Shown here: positions 1-12,535 of the stretch, one piece after another
Layout: each line of letters opens with the position of its first letter
How positions within the stretch are numbered: position 1 is the stretch's first letter
NCBI GenBank assembly: GCA_013239625.1
Contig: MU054527.1
Location: forward strand, 310,001 to 374,000
Length of the DNA: 64,000 nucleotides
Direction: 5' to 3'
DNA from: Lama guanicoe
Lineage: Eukaryota
Program-made: the position numbers and the translations under genes
Notes under the pieces: model-generated
What the model was told of the DNA's origin: nothing
Databases searched by the model: none
The model's input: only the letters and a program-made list of their open reading frames with translations

Positions 1-61
1 GCATATTTTTAAAATAGTTTCCATGTACCATTTAAATGATCATTTGTTCTACCAGTGGTAT

Positions 62-558
62 TGTCAGAGCAGGCAGAGAGCTAGACGTGAGCAGAGGAAT
101 TGGGGCGCAGGCCACGTGGCAGGACCTGGGCAGAAAGGCGGGGCCCAGGCCAAATGCAGGGAACCACACATCATATAAGCACCAGGGGTCCCTGGGCAGA
201 GGAAGAAAATCAGGAACCTCTGGGCTGATAAGAGGTCACACCTTTTGGGGGTGACAAGAAGCCTGGAGGCTGACAAAAAAAAAAAAAAAGAAAAAAAAAG
301 AAAAAAGAAGNNNNNNNNNNNNNNNNNNNNNNNNNNNNNNNNNNNNNNNNNNNNNNNNNNNNNNNNNNNNNNNNNNNNNNNNNNNNNNNNNNNNNNNNNN
401 NNNNNNNNNNNNNNNNNNNNNNNNNNNNNNNNNNNNNNNNNNNNNNNNNNNNNNNNNNNNNNNNNNNNNNNNNNNNNNNNNNNNNNNNNNNNNNNNNNNN
501 NNNNNNNNNNNNNNNNNNNNNNNNNNNNNNNNNNNNNNNNNNNNNNNNNNNNNNNNNC

Positions 559-590
<32 letters not shown>

Positions 591-1010
591 GTCAGGGATC
601 TCCAGGGTCCAAATGTAATCTTTTGCTCATTATGCCCTCATTTCAATAAAATCAGCCTTGCAGATCAGAAGTACCCATCCTGCACCGACACTTCTGATCC
701 AGACTAAATAAGGACAAAAATCTCTCCTCTCTTCAAGAAGGTGGCGTTTGGGTCAAAATCAGGGAATATGACCCCAAACCCATCCCTCCCCAGTGAATAT
801 TCCACCCATTCATTTTTACACCCTATGTGACCGACTTGCCAAAGAAACTCAGGGCAGCTGCTCCCCTGAGCCTGCCCGCTCTCCCCTTGAGAGTGTCCTG
901 TCCATCCCTTAATAAATCCCCACCTTACTTTCTCAACCTCCGGGTCTTTTCTCTGAATTCTTTCTAGGACGGGACAAGAACCTGGACACCAGCTACATCT
1001 ACCCGCAGCA
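62..1010 (+). mobile_element. Solo ERV1-class LTR with 4-bp target-site duplication, containing A-rich tracts and an N block (311-557)
   Basis: Starts TG (62) and ends CA (1010). GTAT sits directly on both sides (58-61, 1011-1014). AATAAA at about 911 is followed by a U5-like 'ctctgaattctttct...acaagaacc' tract. 4-bp TSDs are typical of ERV1 integrations. Confidence 0.7.
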
Positions 1011-1519
1011 GTATGAAAGGCACAGTGTATTTAGTTCTCCTGACATGGTCCTTAGCCCTTAGATGAAACCGGCCCTCATCCCATCACATCACACACCATA
1101 AACCCTGAAAGCCAACTCTGTACCACACTGACTATTCCAAGTGTGACCTCTGTTTCCCTTCTGTATTCCACATGTGTTATTTTGGTCCTGAGTTATATTT
1201 TCTCTGAAATAATTAATGTTCCATTCACTATTTTTCATTGCATTTGCCTATAAAATCTTTAATCATAATCATAACAATTATATTATTATTATACTATTAT
1301 TATTATTATTATAGACTTCCTGATATCAGGCATAGCCTTCTTAAATAGTGAATGTTACATTTTGTTTTTATCCGATCTGAGAATCACTGTGTTCCAATTT
1401 TTTTAAATGTAGGCTATTTATATTTATTGTAATAATTTGTTTATGTCTATCCTGTCTTTTTCATGTATTGTATCTTTCATAATGCCCTTGCTCTTTCATT
1501 GTTTAAATGTTTCCATATA

Positions 1520-1635
1520 GCTTATAGATAACACTGTGCCTAGAGCGCTGACTGTTGTATTTCCAGCACCTAGAACAGTGGTATGGATGGACACGGGCGT
1601 TAACTCGTAAATGTTTGTTGGGTGACTGAATGGAG
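1520..1635 (+). mobile_element. L2 3'-end fragment
   Basis: 'ccagcacctagaacagtg...aaatgtttgttg...tgaatg' matches the recalled L2 3' terminus. Confidence 0.55.
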
Positions 1636-1722
1636 TAATGAATACCTTCTCTGCTACAGCTAATTTTTTTTTTAGGTTGAATTTACCTGGTGAATTTGAA
1701 GGTGCTTCACATTCTACTAGAG

Positions 1723-1909
1723 CAGTGGTTCTCAAATCTCAAGATGCATCGGAATCACCTGGAGGGCTCCTTGACTGCAGGTTGCTGGGCCCCACTCTCA
1801 GGGTTCTTATTCCGTAGCCCTGCAGCGGGACCTGAGAAGCTGCATTTTTAACCGGATCCCCCGTGATGCTGGTGCTGATGGCCTGGAGCCCGCACGTTAA
1901 GAATTGCTG
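1723..1909. mobile_element. MER5A-like hAT DNA transposon (MITE)
   Basis: Terminus 'cagtggttctcaaa' plus internal 'gaatcacctggagggct', 'gctgggccccac', 'tgcatttttaac' and 'gtgatgctg' motifs. Confidence 0.8.
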
Positions 1910-3722
1910 GGCTGAAGGTTGTCTGTAGGTTTTGTAAAATTCCCAGGCCTAGATATTTTTTTCTGGACTTTTCAGATTCAAGAATAAGGTCATAACTTGA
2001 TTTTTGCATATTTAAAGGGAAGGTTGTGTAGAATTTAAAGTTCTCTCATCCTGCTACTTTTTTTTTAATCCTCGAGGTTTTAGATCCACATTATTGACGC
2101 GATTTAATTTAAAGTAAAAATTTCAACCTGGTGTTTGTCGATTTCTTTCCTGTTCTAGCCCATGTTTTCCAGAATTTCACCAAGAAAGCCAGTTTCATTC
2201 CAAAATCCTTTGCGTGGCTGTGCTTTCCCCCTGCATGTAGAGGTCAATCTTCCGCACGGAGGAATCGTTCCACAGACCTCATGTTCGTTTTCTGCTTCCT
2301 TTTTTCCACATCCAGGCGAGGACACCTCCCTCTACGCAGGCCCACAGATGCCGAGTGAGAGTGCTTTTTCTCTTTGATCACCTGGGTGATTTTAAAACCC
2401 CTGTAGCTAACCCTAAACTGGAGTGACGCCTACTCAGGTCCAGGGCAGCCGCGCTCCTGCGCCTGGGAATCATCAGGCAGGGGGAATATCGCTGACTTCT
2501 CCCCTTTGGCTCCTGGGAACCGCACATCCTGCCGCATGATGCGTGCCCTTCCGTCACTTTCCTCCTCACTGTCGTGCTTCTGAGAGCTGGTTTTCCAGGC
2601 GGATGAAAAACAAAAAGTGTTGGTGGGATCAGGGGTGTGGGTGAGGAGCCCACAGCCCCGGTGCCCTGGAGCGTGGCTCTGTGCCGTGGTGGCGGGCGGC
2701 AGAGGACCTGAGTGGTGGCGTCTCTGGAGTCTTTATCAGGACCTACCACAGGCTTGATTGAAGCCCATCCCTGCCTCTACACTGACGAGTCTAGATATCT
2801 AACGAACTTGCCTTTTCCCTCAGTCCTGCTGTCGAGACGTAGTTAGAGCAAATTTTCCCGCAGATTGGCATTATCACTGCTCCTTGCCAAGTCTTCACAG
2901 GCTTCACAGGGAAATGTCGGGGAGAATAAATTAGACGCACGTACAGCGCCGCCATCGTAATTTGAATGTCTCCCCACTCTCTGCGACTTGGCTTGAGATT
3001 CAGTCTTGTGCGGGCACCAAGGCTCGGTTACGACCACGGTGGGGACTGAGGTTGGAGCTCACCCTGTAACTGGATTTTGGGGAAGTTTCTGGCCAGTACT
3101 GCTTATCAGCACAATGCACGGTGCATCTGAACCCGTCAGTTTGACTCTAAATCACTCAGGGCACCAGAAATTCCTTTAATCAGAGTCAGAATGTGAGACC
3201 CTGGAGACAAAGTTTCTGGGCTTTTCGATGAATATGATGTTCAGTGAAAAACAAAAACAAAAACAAAAACAAAACGAAACAGCCAGCATCACCAAAAAAA
3301 AAAAAGTTGCAAAATTGTTTCATAATTCTGTGACTCTGGGACCATCTTGGATAAATTAAAAAAAAATCTTATCATAGTTCCAGCCTGTCTTTCTACTTAG
3401 CAACTCTTTTCTCAGCTCAATAGGTCCAAGTGACTAAGGAAAGAAGAAACGAGTAACCAAGGCAGAGAGAAAACCCAGATTTGCTCAGACACTGCTGGAG
3501 CAATTTTAGACTGATCTCCAGCAGAGACAGAAGAGTTTCTTCACTTGAAGACGACACCCACTCTTTTTACCGAATGGCTCGTGTGTTGTGGCCCCTACCA
3601 GACAACTGACAGATCCGCTTCATCTTGCAGAGGGAGGAAGGAAGGAGGGGGCCTCTGAGTGGAGGGAGATCGTGGAGCACCTTTCCTTGAGCTGAGAGGC
3701 GGGCGATGCCTCCCTTGGTTAC

Positions 3723-3783
3723 CAGGTTCGACCACGATTGCACTCGGAAGGTTTCCGTGCAGCACCATGGCCGCCAGGCCAGC
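3723..3783 (-). other. Candidate 61-nt spliced exon of an unidentified minus-strand gene; possible start codon at 3768 (MVLHGNLPSAIVVEP, phase-1 end)
   Basis: On the minus strand: acceptor ctctcttccccttAG|, donor CTG|GTAACC, and ATG in strong Kozak context gcggccATGG. No homology recognised. Confidence 0.4.
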
Positions 3784-5636
3784 CTAAGGGGAAGAGAGGC
3801 TCCGGTGAACGGCTCGTCTTGTTCTGTGGTTTATCTGGGGGAGCCTCACATTCATAAGGGGGATGACTAGGTGAGGAAATCCACCAGGAGTATCGGCAAG
3901 TGGAGAAATTCCTAGGTGTCATCTCCTCTTTTTTGATATCTTTTCTTTCTCATTTTGCAAAATATGTCTAATCCTAAGTTGATTATTTCTGGCCTCAGAA
4001 TTGACCGAATAAAGGTTTTCCATCACAGCTCTATCTCCTGCCTACGCGTGTAAACCGCGGGCCCAGACCATCGCTTGTTGAAAGCGCCCAGTCTGTTCCC
4101 AGAGCGTTTTGGTGTTTTCGTGCGTTCGCCGGCTTTCCTCCCAGTCTCTCACTGCAGCCACCCTTCACTGCGTCACCCTGACAGTCAGTGCGGTGGGAGA
4201 TGCTGCAGGCACACAGCTTGCACAGCATCCTCATAGCCCTGCTCCCGGGCCCTGCATCCTCCAGCTCACACCCTGGCCCCCGACTCATTCTTGTCCCACA
4301 TCCCGCCCACTTCAGACTCCCGGGCATTCTGGCAATAAGCGCATTTCCAGCTGTGGGTGCCTTTCAAGCTCCTGGCTGGTGGGATCGCTGCTTCTTTAAA
4401 GGAAACCCGCCACGCCAGAGCTGACTTGCCGTGGACCCATTCTCCTGGCCTTCCCGAAACTCGTTCTTACTACTGGTTCCCTCTCGAGATGGGATCTGTC
4501 CCTCGTCGACCTGAGTGCTGTGATCTTGACCTTTCCTTGTCTAGCTCAGCTCAGTCTTCATTATTTGGATGTTGAGGAGGTGAGTGTGTATTGCGAGGAG
4601 CTGGGGGAGTGAAGCCGGCTGATGCTCACCCCGCCCCTGCACGGAAATCTAAGTGATAGTGAGAATAAGAACAGAGAGTGTATGGTCAAAGGGTACCGAT
4701 GCATTAGGTTTATTTATTGGCCCGGCAAGTGCTCATGGCTGACAGGATGCACGCGCTCTGGCATGGCTGACTTTCTAGAAGCAGGGATCTGACCCTTCTT
4801 CCCCCATCTCCCAAAATTAAGACTTACCCTATTTAGACAGCGGGGTTGTCTGGAGAACCCTGTGCTGCGTGGCAAGCTGTCAGCGTCATCAGCCTGCCTT
4901 TCTACACCTCTAACTGACATGATAAAGGGAACAAAGGATCAAAATATAGAACTAAGTTATCACTGGTTAGGAAAAACGAAAGTCACTGACCATCTGAAAT
5001 TCTAACCACTCAAGTTAATGGTCGCTGTGTGTGGTGGAGTCGAGCTGGGCACTAAGGGAGCCATCTGGGCCTTCCCTCTTGCGGGCAAAGGTGCACAAGG
5101 CCCTCCTTCATGGAAACTGGAGGTCTTGGAGGAGAAATAATGGCCTTTTCTCGACAGCATTGTACTTGATTTTACTATTCCTTCAAACCTCCCGGACTGC
5201 CACTGCTTGACACCTTCCATCAAGCGATCAAGCCTCTCTCTTTGAAACGGCAGTCTTTTACTTTCCCAAGGATGCTCTAGAGACAAAGCTTTCACGCAGA
5301 GAAAACGGTCCCAATTATCGGGATTTCCAGTCTCGTCTGGACGGGGCTAGTGAATGACGTATAGATGGAAGGACCAGTAATAACGGAGTTCAGGTCCAGG
5401 GCTCTGAGATTTCCAAAGTGCTTTTACGCCATCCTTTTACTTCACCTTCCAAGAACACTGTCAGTTGTGTGAAGTAGGCAGCCCTGGTCCACACGTTCAG
5501 AGAGCTTGAGGGAAACTGCCCAAGGTCACGTGGGTAAGAGACAGACAAATCAAGACTAGAATGCAAATATCCCCAGTGCTCCAGGAGACCAGTTCTGGAG
5601 CACGCCCTTACTCTCGGAAAGGTCCCTGCTTTGGCG

Positions 5637-6107
5637 TGGTTATGGTTTGAATTATTCCCTCTCCCCTACCCAAAGAAAGATATATTGAAATCCTCCCTCC
5701 ATTGCTTCAAAATGTGATCTTACTTGGAAACAGAGTCATCGCAGATGCAATTAGCTAAGTCATGATGAGGCTACACTGTTGTCGGGCGGGCCCCTAATTC
5801 AGCATGACTGGTGTCCTTGTAAGAACACGGCCACGTGTAGACGGGGACTCACAGAGAAGGCCACGTGATGATGACGGCAGAGACTGGACTCCACAGCTGG
5901 GAGCCAAGGGATGCAAGAGCGCCAGGAAGTCATCAGAAGCTATGATGAGGCAGAGAGGGGTTTCACTGCGGGTTTCAGAGGGAGCATGTCTCTGCAGACA
6001 CCTTGACTTTGACCTTCTAGCCCCTTGACCTGCGAGAAAATAAATTTCTGTTGTTGTAAGCCAACCCGTTGTGTGCTTTATAACGGCAGCCCCAGGAAAC
6101 TGACCCA
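5637..6107 (+). mobile_element. MLT1 (MaLR) LTR, MLT1B/C-like
   Basis: 'tggtttgaat', 'atgtgatcttacttggaaacagagtc', 'gactggtgtccttgtaagaa' and the 3' end 'aataaatttctgttgttgtaagcca...gcagccccaggaaactga'. Confidence 0.85.
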
Positions 6108-6664
6108 GGCATCGTACAAGATCCTCCCTGTGATGGTTCAGAATAATTCGAACCACTACATAGTTCTTCTTCTAAGTCACTTGTCCCTTTAATCTTCTTA
6201 AATCCCTTTTTACCTTTTGACGCAGGCTCGCTTTGAGATGTTCTTGGAGTGGTGTGGTTCATCCACTTTTTCTCCCCTCTATGACTTCTTTTGAAACCCT
6301 ACCTATTTCCTAATACCCTATTTAAATTTCCCCCTTCCCCTTTAGGTTTCTCTGACTGCCTCTCCCCTGCTCTGCCCCTTCTTGTCATGAGTCCCGCTGT
6401 CAAGGCACTTACAATGATCATGACGGGAACTGTACTCAAACATTAGCTGTGAGCCTCTAATTTCTCAAAAGAAACCAACAAGCGAACAAAGTAACAGAAG
6501 CTGGGCTGCCGTTGAAACACGTTCTGTATGTACCTTCTGGCGTTGAGTAAAGTGCCTCGTGACGAACCAGCAGAACAAAGTGCAGACCAAGAGGATCGGT
6601 TTGATAGGAACCAGAAATTTCAGCAGGCTGCCAGTGTCTTCATAGGTGTGTGTGTGTAACACTG

Positions 6665-7380
6665 GTTATTTTTTAACTTTTATAATGGAAGTGTTCAAAC
6701 ATACGCAAAAGTGAAAAGGACAGTAAAGTGAATACTCATGTCGGAGTTGCTAGAACAGTCAGTTGTTACTTTATGACCAGTCTTGTGTCATCTTTGACCC
6801 TTCTTGTCACCAGTCCAGATTATTTTGAAGTAGATCCCTATTATTCCATCAGTAAATTTGTCGGCTTATATCTCTATCTCTATCAAATAAGGGCTTCTCT
6901 GTAAAGTATCATCACCACATCTAAAATAATAAACAAAACAGGTTTAAACTGTGTAGCACAGGGAACTATATTCAATATCTTCTTGTAACTTATAATGAAA
7001 ATGAATATAAAAATGATGTATGCACATGTAACTGAAACATTATGCGGTACACCAGAAATTGACACAACATTGTAAACTGACTATAATTCAGTTTAAAAGA
7101 ACACTGGACAAAATCATGTGAGACCACAGGGAGAAGGCAGTCACCTCCAAGCCAAAGAGAGAGGCATCAGATAAAACCAAAACTGCTAATACATTAATCT
7201 CGGACTTTTAACCTCTAGGACTATTAGGAAATAGAATTCTGTTGTTCAAGCTAAAAATATAAATAAATAAGCAGAAATTTCTTATGTCATCAACTATCCA
7301 GACAGTGTTTAAAATGTCCCTTATTTCATAAGTGCTTCTTCTTTTTTATTTTTTGTAGTTTGCGTGTTTTTCATATGAAT
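6665..7380 (-). mobile_element. Old L1 (L1MC/ME-like) 3' fragment interrupted by a younger insertion at about 6930-7270
   Basis: 'ttttataatggaagtgttcaaacatac...' and 'atcaccacatctaaa...aatttcttatgtcatcaactatccagacagtgttt' resemble the reverse strand of L1MC/ME 3' ends. Confidence 0.5.
6930..7270 (+). mobile_element. Short L1 3' end (to about 7100) fused to an MLT1A-type LTR 3' segment and A-rich tail
   Basis: 'tagcacagggaactatattcaatatc...cattgtaaactgactata' is a cetartiodactyl L1 3' UTR. It is followed by MLT1A-like 'catgtgagaccacagggagaaggcag...ttctgttgttcaagct' and then 'aaaaatataaataaataa'. Confidence 0.7.
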
Positions 7381-7429
7381 GATACAGTCAAAAAATGATA
7401 ATTATAAAAAAATGCAATACAATAATATT

Positions 7430-7650
7430 TTTAAGCACACACTCTGTGCCGAGCACTATGTGCTAATTAAGCATTATAGCTTATTTTATCCTCAAGCTTA
7501 AAAAAATTCTTATTATTATCATCCCTATTTTATGAATGAGGAAACTGGGGCCCAGACAGGCTGACTTCTCGCCCAGGGTTGAAGAGGTGGGCAGTGACAG
7601 AGGCGTTTCTAGAGCCCAGGTTGCTGCCTCTGGGTGCCAGGCTCCTTCCA
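7430..7650 (-). mobile_element. MIR SINE
   Basis: MIR core 'attattatcatccctattttatgaatgaggaaactggg'. Confidence 0.75.
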
Positions 7651-8219
7651 GAACGCCACACTGAGTGTCGGCTCAGCTGCTCCCCGGGGGAGCTCGGACA
7701 GAGCCGCCTTCCTGAGCATGTGTTGGACGAAGTCTGTAACAACTTGTTGCAACGTTACTTCCAGGTCAGATGCACCCTAATAGCTAACATCAGAAGACAG
7801 CATTCGTAGGTAAAATAATTTGGCTTAATCGCGGTGCTTCATCGTCTTTTCACTCATCCATTTGCTCCTTCATTCACTCCATGGTCATTTCTGACTGTCT
7901 GCTATGAGGCAGGCACTGGGGACACAGACATACAGGACAGCCCTTGACTTGGAAGAGGGACTGAGTTGTACATTTACTTAAAACTTGTCCATGGCTTCAC
8001 TCTGGAGGCAGAGAAACGTGCATATTCACTAGTTACAGTGAGAGGGTGAAGTGGTTGGAAAGAGCCTCACCTAATTGACAAGCTGCATCTCCCTCGCCCA
8101 GCGTCCCGGCGCCACCGGACACACAGTGTCCCAGCAGGTCTCCTCCATCACTCACCTCATTCGTCTCCCTTCACAACACCAGCCCCGAGGACAAGGCACC
8201 GATGTGGCAGTCTCTTGTC

Positions 8220-8390
8220 TCAGCACTTGCCGTGGGCTTCCTTATTTAATCCTCGTAATAACTCTGTTGAAGTAACTGGATGCATTATCTCCATTTTACA
8301 ATTTATGGAACTCAAGTAGAGAAAATTGAAGACAACAGAATTTGGGGCTTAGCCATTTGTCTCCAGAGCCTTCCTTCTTAGCTCCTACAA
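8220..8390 (-). mobile_element. MIR SINE
   Basis: 'cttatttaatcctcgtaataactctg...attatctccattttaca'. Confidence 0.6.
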
Positions 8391-10789
8391 CAGGCTTGTC
8401 TGGAAAATTAATTTGCTCTTAACTTTGACCAGTGTTAGGTCCCAGACTAGGTGGAGGGTGGGATGAAGCTGAGTAACAACCCTCAATCAATCATGCGGAC
8501 ATGATCGCCTGTCAATTCCCACGATATTTATGTATGTTTGATTTTGAGCAATGGAGGATTTAAACACAGCTCCTTTATATAAGATATTGTAACAGTTAGA
8601 CTCCTTTGCAGACTCCTGCTTGGGGCAGGTTGTTTCAGCCTCTCCCTGCAGTTTCCCCTTTTCCAGGATTAATCTTCCCACCTCCCTTCTTTTGTCATGC
8701 ACCCGCTCTTTCAGTGCCCAGCTCGCTTGCTCCTGGACACACTGACCACGACAGCTTGCAGTCTGCCCTCTCCTTGTGCATGGCCCAGTACACGTGCCCG
8801 AGTCGTACCTCTGCCCAGCTGTGTTGTCCTTACTTGCTTCATTTTTGTTTACTCTGTGAGAAGCCAGGGGAAAGCCAATGTCACATTTCCATCCTCTCAG
8901 AGGTACCAATGATGTGTCACCTATAATTTACCTTCCACTTAGGGAACTTAGAGTTGGGAGCTCTGAGTTGGCATCTAAGTATGCAGTCAGTGCCGAGTTA
9001 TGGCAAGCAGCTGTGAACCATTCACAAAGCCCTGGGTGAAAATCATCTTTATTACAAACGAAGACGCTCAGCTAATTCTAACGCGTTGATTATTAAAAGT
9101 CGCATTTTAAACGGAGCTCCTATAGTGAAATGCTACCTGTATAAAAGACAAAATGTTTTCTACTTAAAATTATCTTGGGTTTTAAGAGTTTTAGGAAAAT
9201 CTGAGGCCATCTAAAACAGAGGTTCCTAAAACTGGGTAGACATGAAATCTTTTGGGAAGTTTATTCAGCATATGAATGCCAATATTCTTCTCTTAGGTCC
9301 TGGTAAGGCCTCAGGACACGCCTGGGTGACTGTACTTCAGCCGAGCCGTGGACCACTGTTACGGAGTCACTGGCCTAATGCATCTTCCTCACCCCCGCCC
9401 TGCATCCTACGAGGTTCCCTTCTAGACTGGGAACTCTTTCTAGGAGTTGTGAAACTGCAAAGAGTCCCCCCGTCTTTACAGACACTAGTCACTTTAGTAA
9501 AGGTAGGCGGTCTTACTTTGTCCTGATGAGTAACTTTGCCTTTAGGGCTCCTCGTGGATTTGGCCACTGGCCCGCTCCCTGCCATTGTTTCTGCAGCAGA
9601 CACTCCTTGCTCCAGGCACTGACACAGCATCTCACAGAGTCAGTCCAAGTGCAGCTCACTCCCTGAAGGACAGGGAGTGAGACAGCCACACAGTGTCTGG
9701 TCTGGAAGGCTCCTTTGTGAACCTTGAGAGGGTCCTCTTTGGCATTTACAGCGAGTGGTCACCCACCAGCTGCTTGATCGGGTTTACTGAAGTTAAACCA
9801 AGAGCTTGTCTTCTCTGAAACTTCCATCTCTTGGTCCTAGTCAACCCCCTAAAGGAGCCACAAACTAAAAACGTGCTCCTTCTCCCACAGGACAGCCAAG
9901 CAGGTACTGACAACTGACAGCAAACCCTTTGTCAACCTCAGCTCCAAACTCCATAATAAACACACATGGGCTTCTGCTCTTCCAAGACAGCCAGGTAGCA
10001 AAATGGTCGGGGATGTCTGTTACCTCTGCTCAGGAGAGCTCCCGGTAAAAGCGGATACCACCTCTGCCATAAGACCGTTTGAAAAAAACGGACCTAAACA
10101 AAGTTAAAATCGGCAACGTGAAGGGAAGAGAGCGTCTCCCGCCCTTCTGTCTCTCTCTTTCCCTTGATCAGAGTGCCCCGTGGGCAACCAAGTCCATCCA
10201 TCATGTCTGAAATGACGAGACATTGGTGAGCTGATCTGGGGTGCTGGCGGCCTGCCAGCGCAGACACACAAGTCAAGCTGCTTGAAAGCTAACCAAATTA
10301 CAATATCAACCTTGGAAGGCAGATGCAGGCCAATTTGCAAATCTTAGATCATTAACATGCACCAGAGAGAGAAAAGAAACACGGGCCTTCCCTGGACAGC
10401 CCTTCCTTGTTTGCCCACGCTAATGAGCCCGATTTGCACAGATGCATGAAAACCCTGTGTGTTCCTCAATGTGTTCACAGCTCATTTCTTACTAACTTCG
10501 GTAAATATTCCCGCGCTGCACACGGAGTGACTCTTCCCCTTTGACCCGGCCAAACCCAAGGAGCACACTATGTCTCAGACGTCTGTTTCTGGATCTGCTG
10601 GATTAGAGGAGTCACCAGACACGTGTGGGACCTTGTAAACCATCTGACCAACCACCTTGGTTTGCAGCTTGGGCAGCTGGGACAGGTAAGCTCAGTAAAT
10701 GGCCCGAAGTCCCAGTCCCAGAATCCGCACCTCGGGAATCACCAAGGAGGAGTGTCCTCCTGTGACAGGGGCACCACGGGAAGGCATTA

Positions 10790-11180
10790 TAATACGCGCT
10801 GTCTTAAAGCTGACACGCTCCGCCCGCCTCTCTTTGTCTCTGCTGCGGTGTGGCCAGAGCTGCAGTCGTCTCAGGGCCTCGGGGGCAGGGGGGCCCGCTT
10901 CCAAGCTGTGTGCAGGGCTGTTCAGACCTCAGTTTCATCGGATCCTGGCCGGTGGGCTTGGGTTGGTCTCAGCATGGCCGCTGGCTTTCCCCAGAGCAAG
11001 GAATCTGAGAGCCCAACGTTTCTTTGTGACTTAGTCTCTGAAGTGACAGTCTATCCCTTTTGCTGTTTACTGCTGAGTTACTAAATCCAGCCCTGACTTA
11101 GAGGCGTGGGGATCGCAAATGGGCGTCCGTACCAGGAACTGGGATGCGAGGGGCCGCCTTAGAGGCTATTTGATGTCACA
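10790..11180 (-). mobile_element. MLT1 (MaLR) LTR, reverse orientation
   Basis: 'cagcatggccgctggctttccccagagcaag', 'tgacttagtctctgaagtgaca' and the end 'ccttagaggct...tcaca'. Confidence 0.65.
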
Positions 11181-11792
11181 GTCATTGTCCTCTGAGCACC
11201 CCTCCCACCGTGCTCTCTCTGGTCCACGCTGTGCCCACCTGCTCCCAGGCGGGCAGGGAGGCCCTGCAGAAGGAAGAGCAGGCTCTTTGCATCGCAGACC
11301 AGTAGCTAAGCGCAACCAGGAGCTGGCGTCAGCCTGCCTCTGAGCTGCAGGTAAAATGCAGTTATGTAAATCTCAGCATTTTTGCACTGACCACATCCCA
11401 GCAACTGGCTTCCGGGGTCTGGATGGCTCTGCCGAGGAGCAGAGCTGAGCTGGGCTGTTGGCTCGCTGTCGTAAAGCGGACGGCAGTGCACAGAGATTGC
11501 AAGAATTGCCTGACTTTAACCGTTGCTACACAGACGTATTTCTTCAATTTCAGAGAAAATCATTTCTTCCCCTAATATGTCCACTTTCACTTGGGAAATG
11601 AGTCTGGGGTGATTGTTTCACTTTTCACAAACCCTGGGGGGCAATGTCCACACAGGCTGGACCCAAAAGTCAGACATTCAGGTGCCTCCAGGACCAAGTG
11701 TGCGAACTGGGCCAGGCGGATGACAAGGCGGGACAGTCGGGCTGTGGGTGCAGGGAGGGAAGTTTGGCTGAGGTACCCTGTGATCTCGGAGT

Positions 11793-12535
11793 TGTGATAA
11801 GAAATATGTGTTTGATCTTTTCTGGCACAGAGCTCCTAAAACCCTTGCCATTTCCGAAGTGATAAGAGTAATAAAGCTGTAAAGAGTGTTTTTTGTAATT
11901 CATAACCAGTCCCTTTCGGCCACACCTGACTTTATGTTAATGAAGTGACTTTTGGAAAGTCCCTGTGGTGGGAGGGCTGGAACTTTCAGCTCCATCCCTG
12001 GACCTCGAGGAAAGGAGAGGGGTGGGAGATTGTCAATCACCAGGGTCCAGTGATCCCCAGTCTTGCCCAGGTGATGAAGCCCAAATCGGCAGGGTTCAGA
12101 GGGCTTCTGAGGTGATGAAACTGCGGCGGTGCGAGGACCGCGGCATGCTGAGAGACAGCACGGGAGCGCTGTGCCCCTCTTCATATACCTCGCCCTCTGC
12201 ATCTCTCCCACCCGGCTCTTCTTGAGTTATGTCCTTTTGTAATGAGCTGGTAATCTAGTGAGTAAATGTTCTTTTGAGTTCTGTGAGTGGCTCCTGCAAA
12301 TTAACTGGACCTGAGGAGTTAAGGGAACCTCTGATATACAGCTGATTGATCCAAAGTGTGGGTAACAGCCTGGCCTTGTGATTGGCCTCTGAAGGGGTGG
12401 GGGTGGGGGCGGGGGATGGACCCTTAGTCTGTGGAATCTAACACCATCGTCAGGTAGATTGTATCGGAAATGAGTTAAATTGTAGGACACCCAGCTGGCA
12501 TTGCAAAACTGCTTGTGATGTTGGAAATAAGACAC
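11793..12535 (+). mobile_element. MER21-family LTR
   Basis: 'tgtgataagaaatat', 'ctggcacagagctcctaaaacccttg', 'gggctggaactttcagc', 'tgagttctgtgagt' and 'gagttaaattgtaggacacccagctgg'. Confidence 0.8.
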
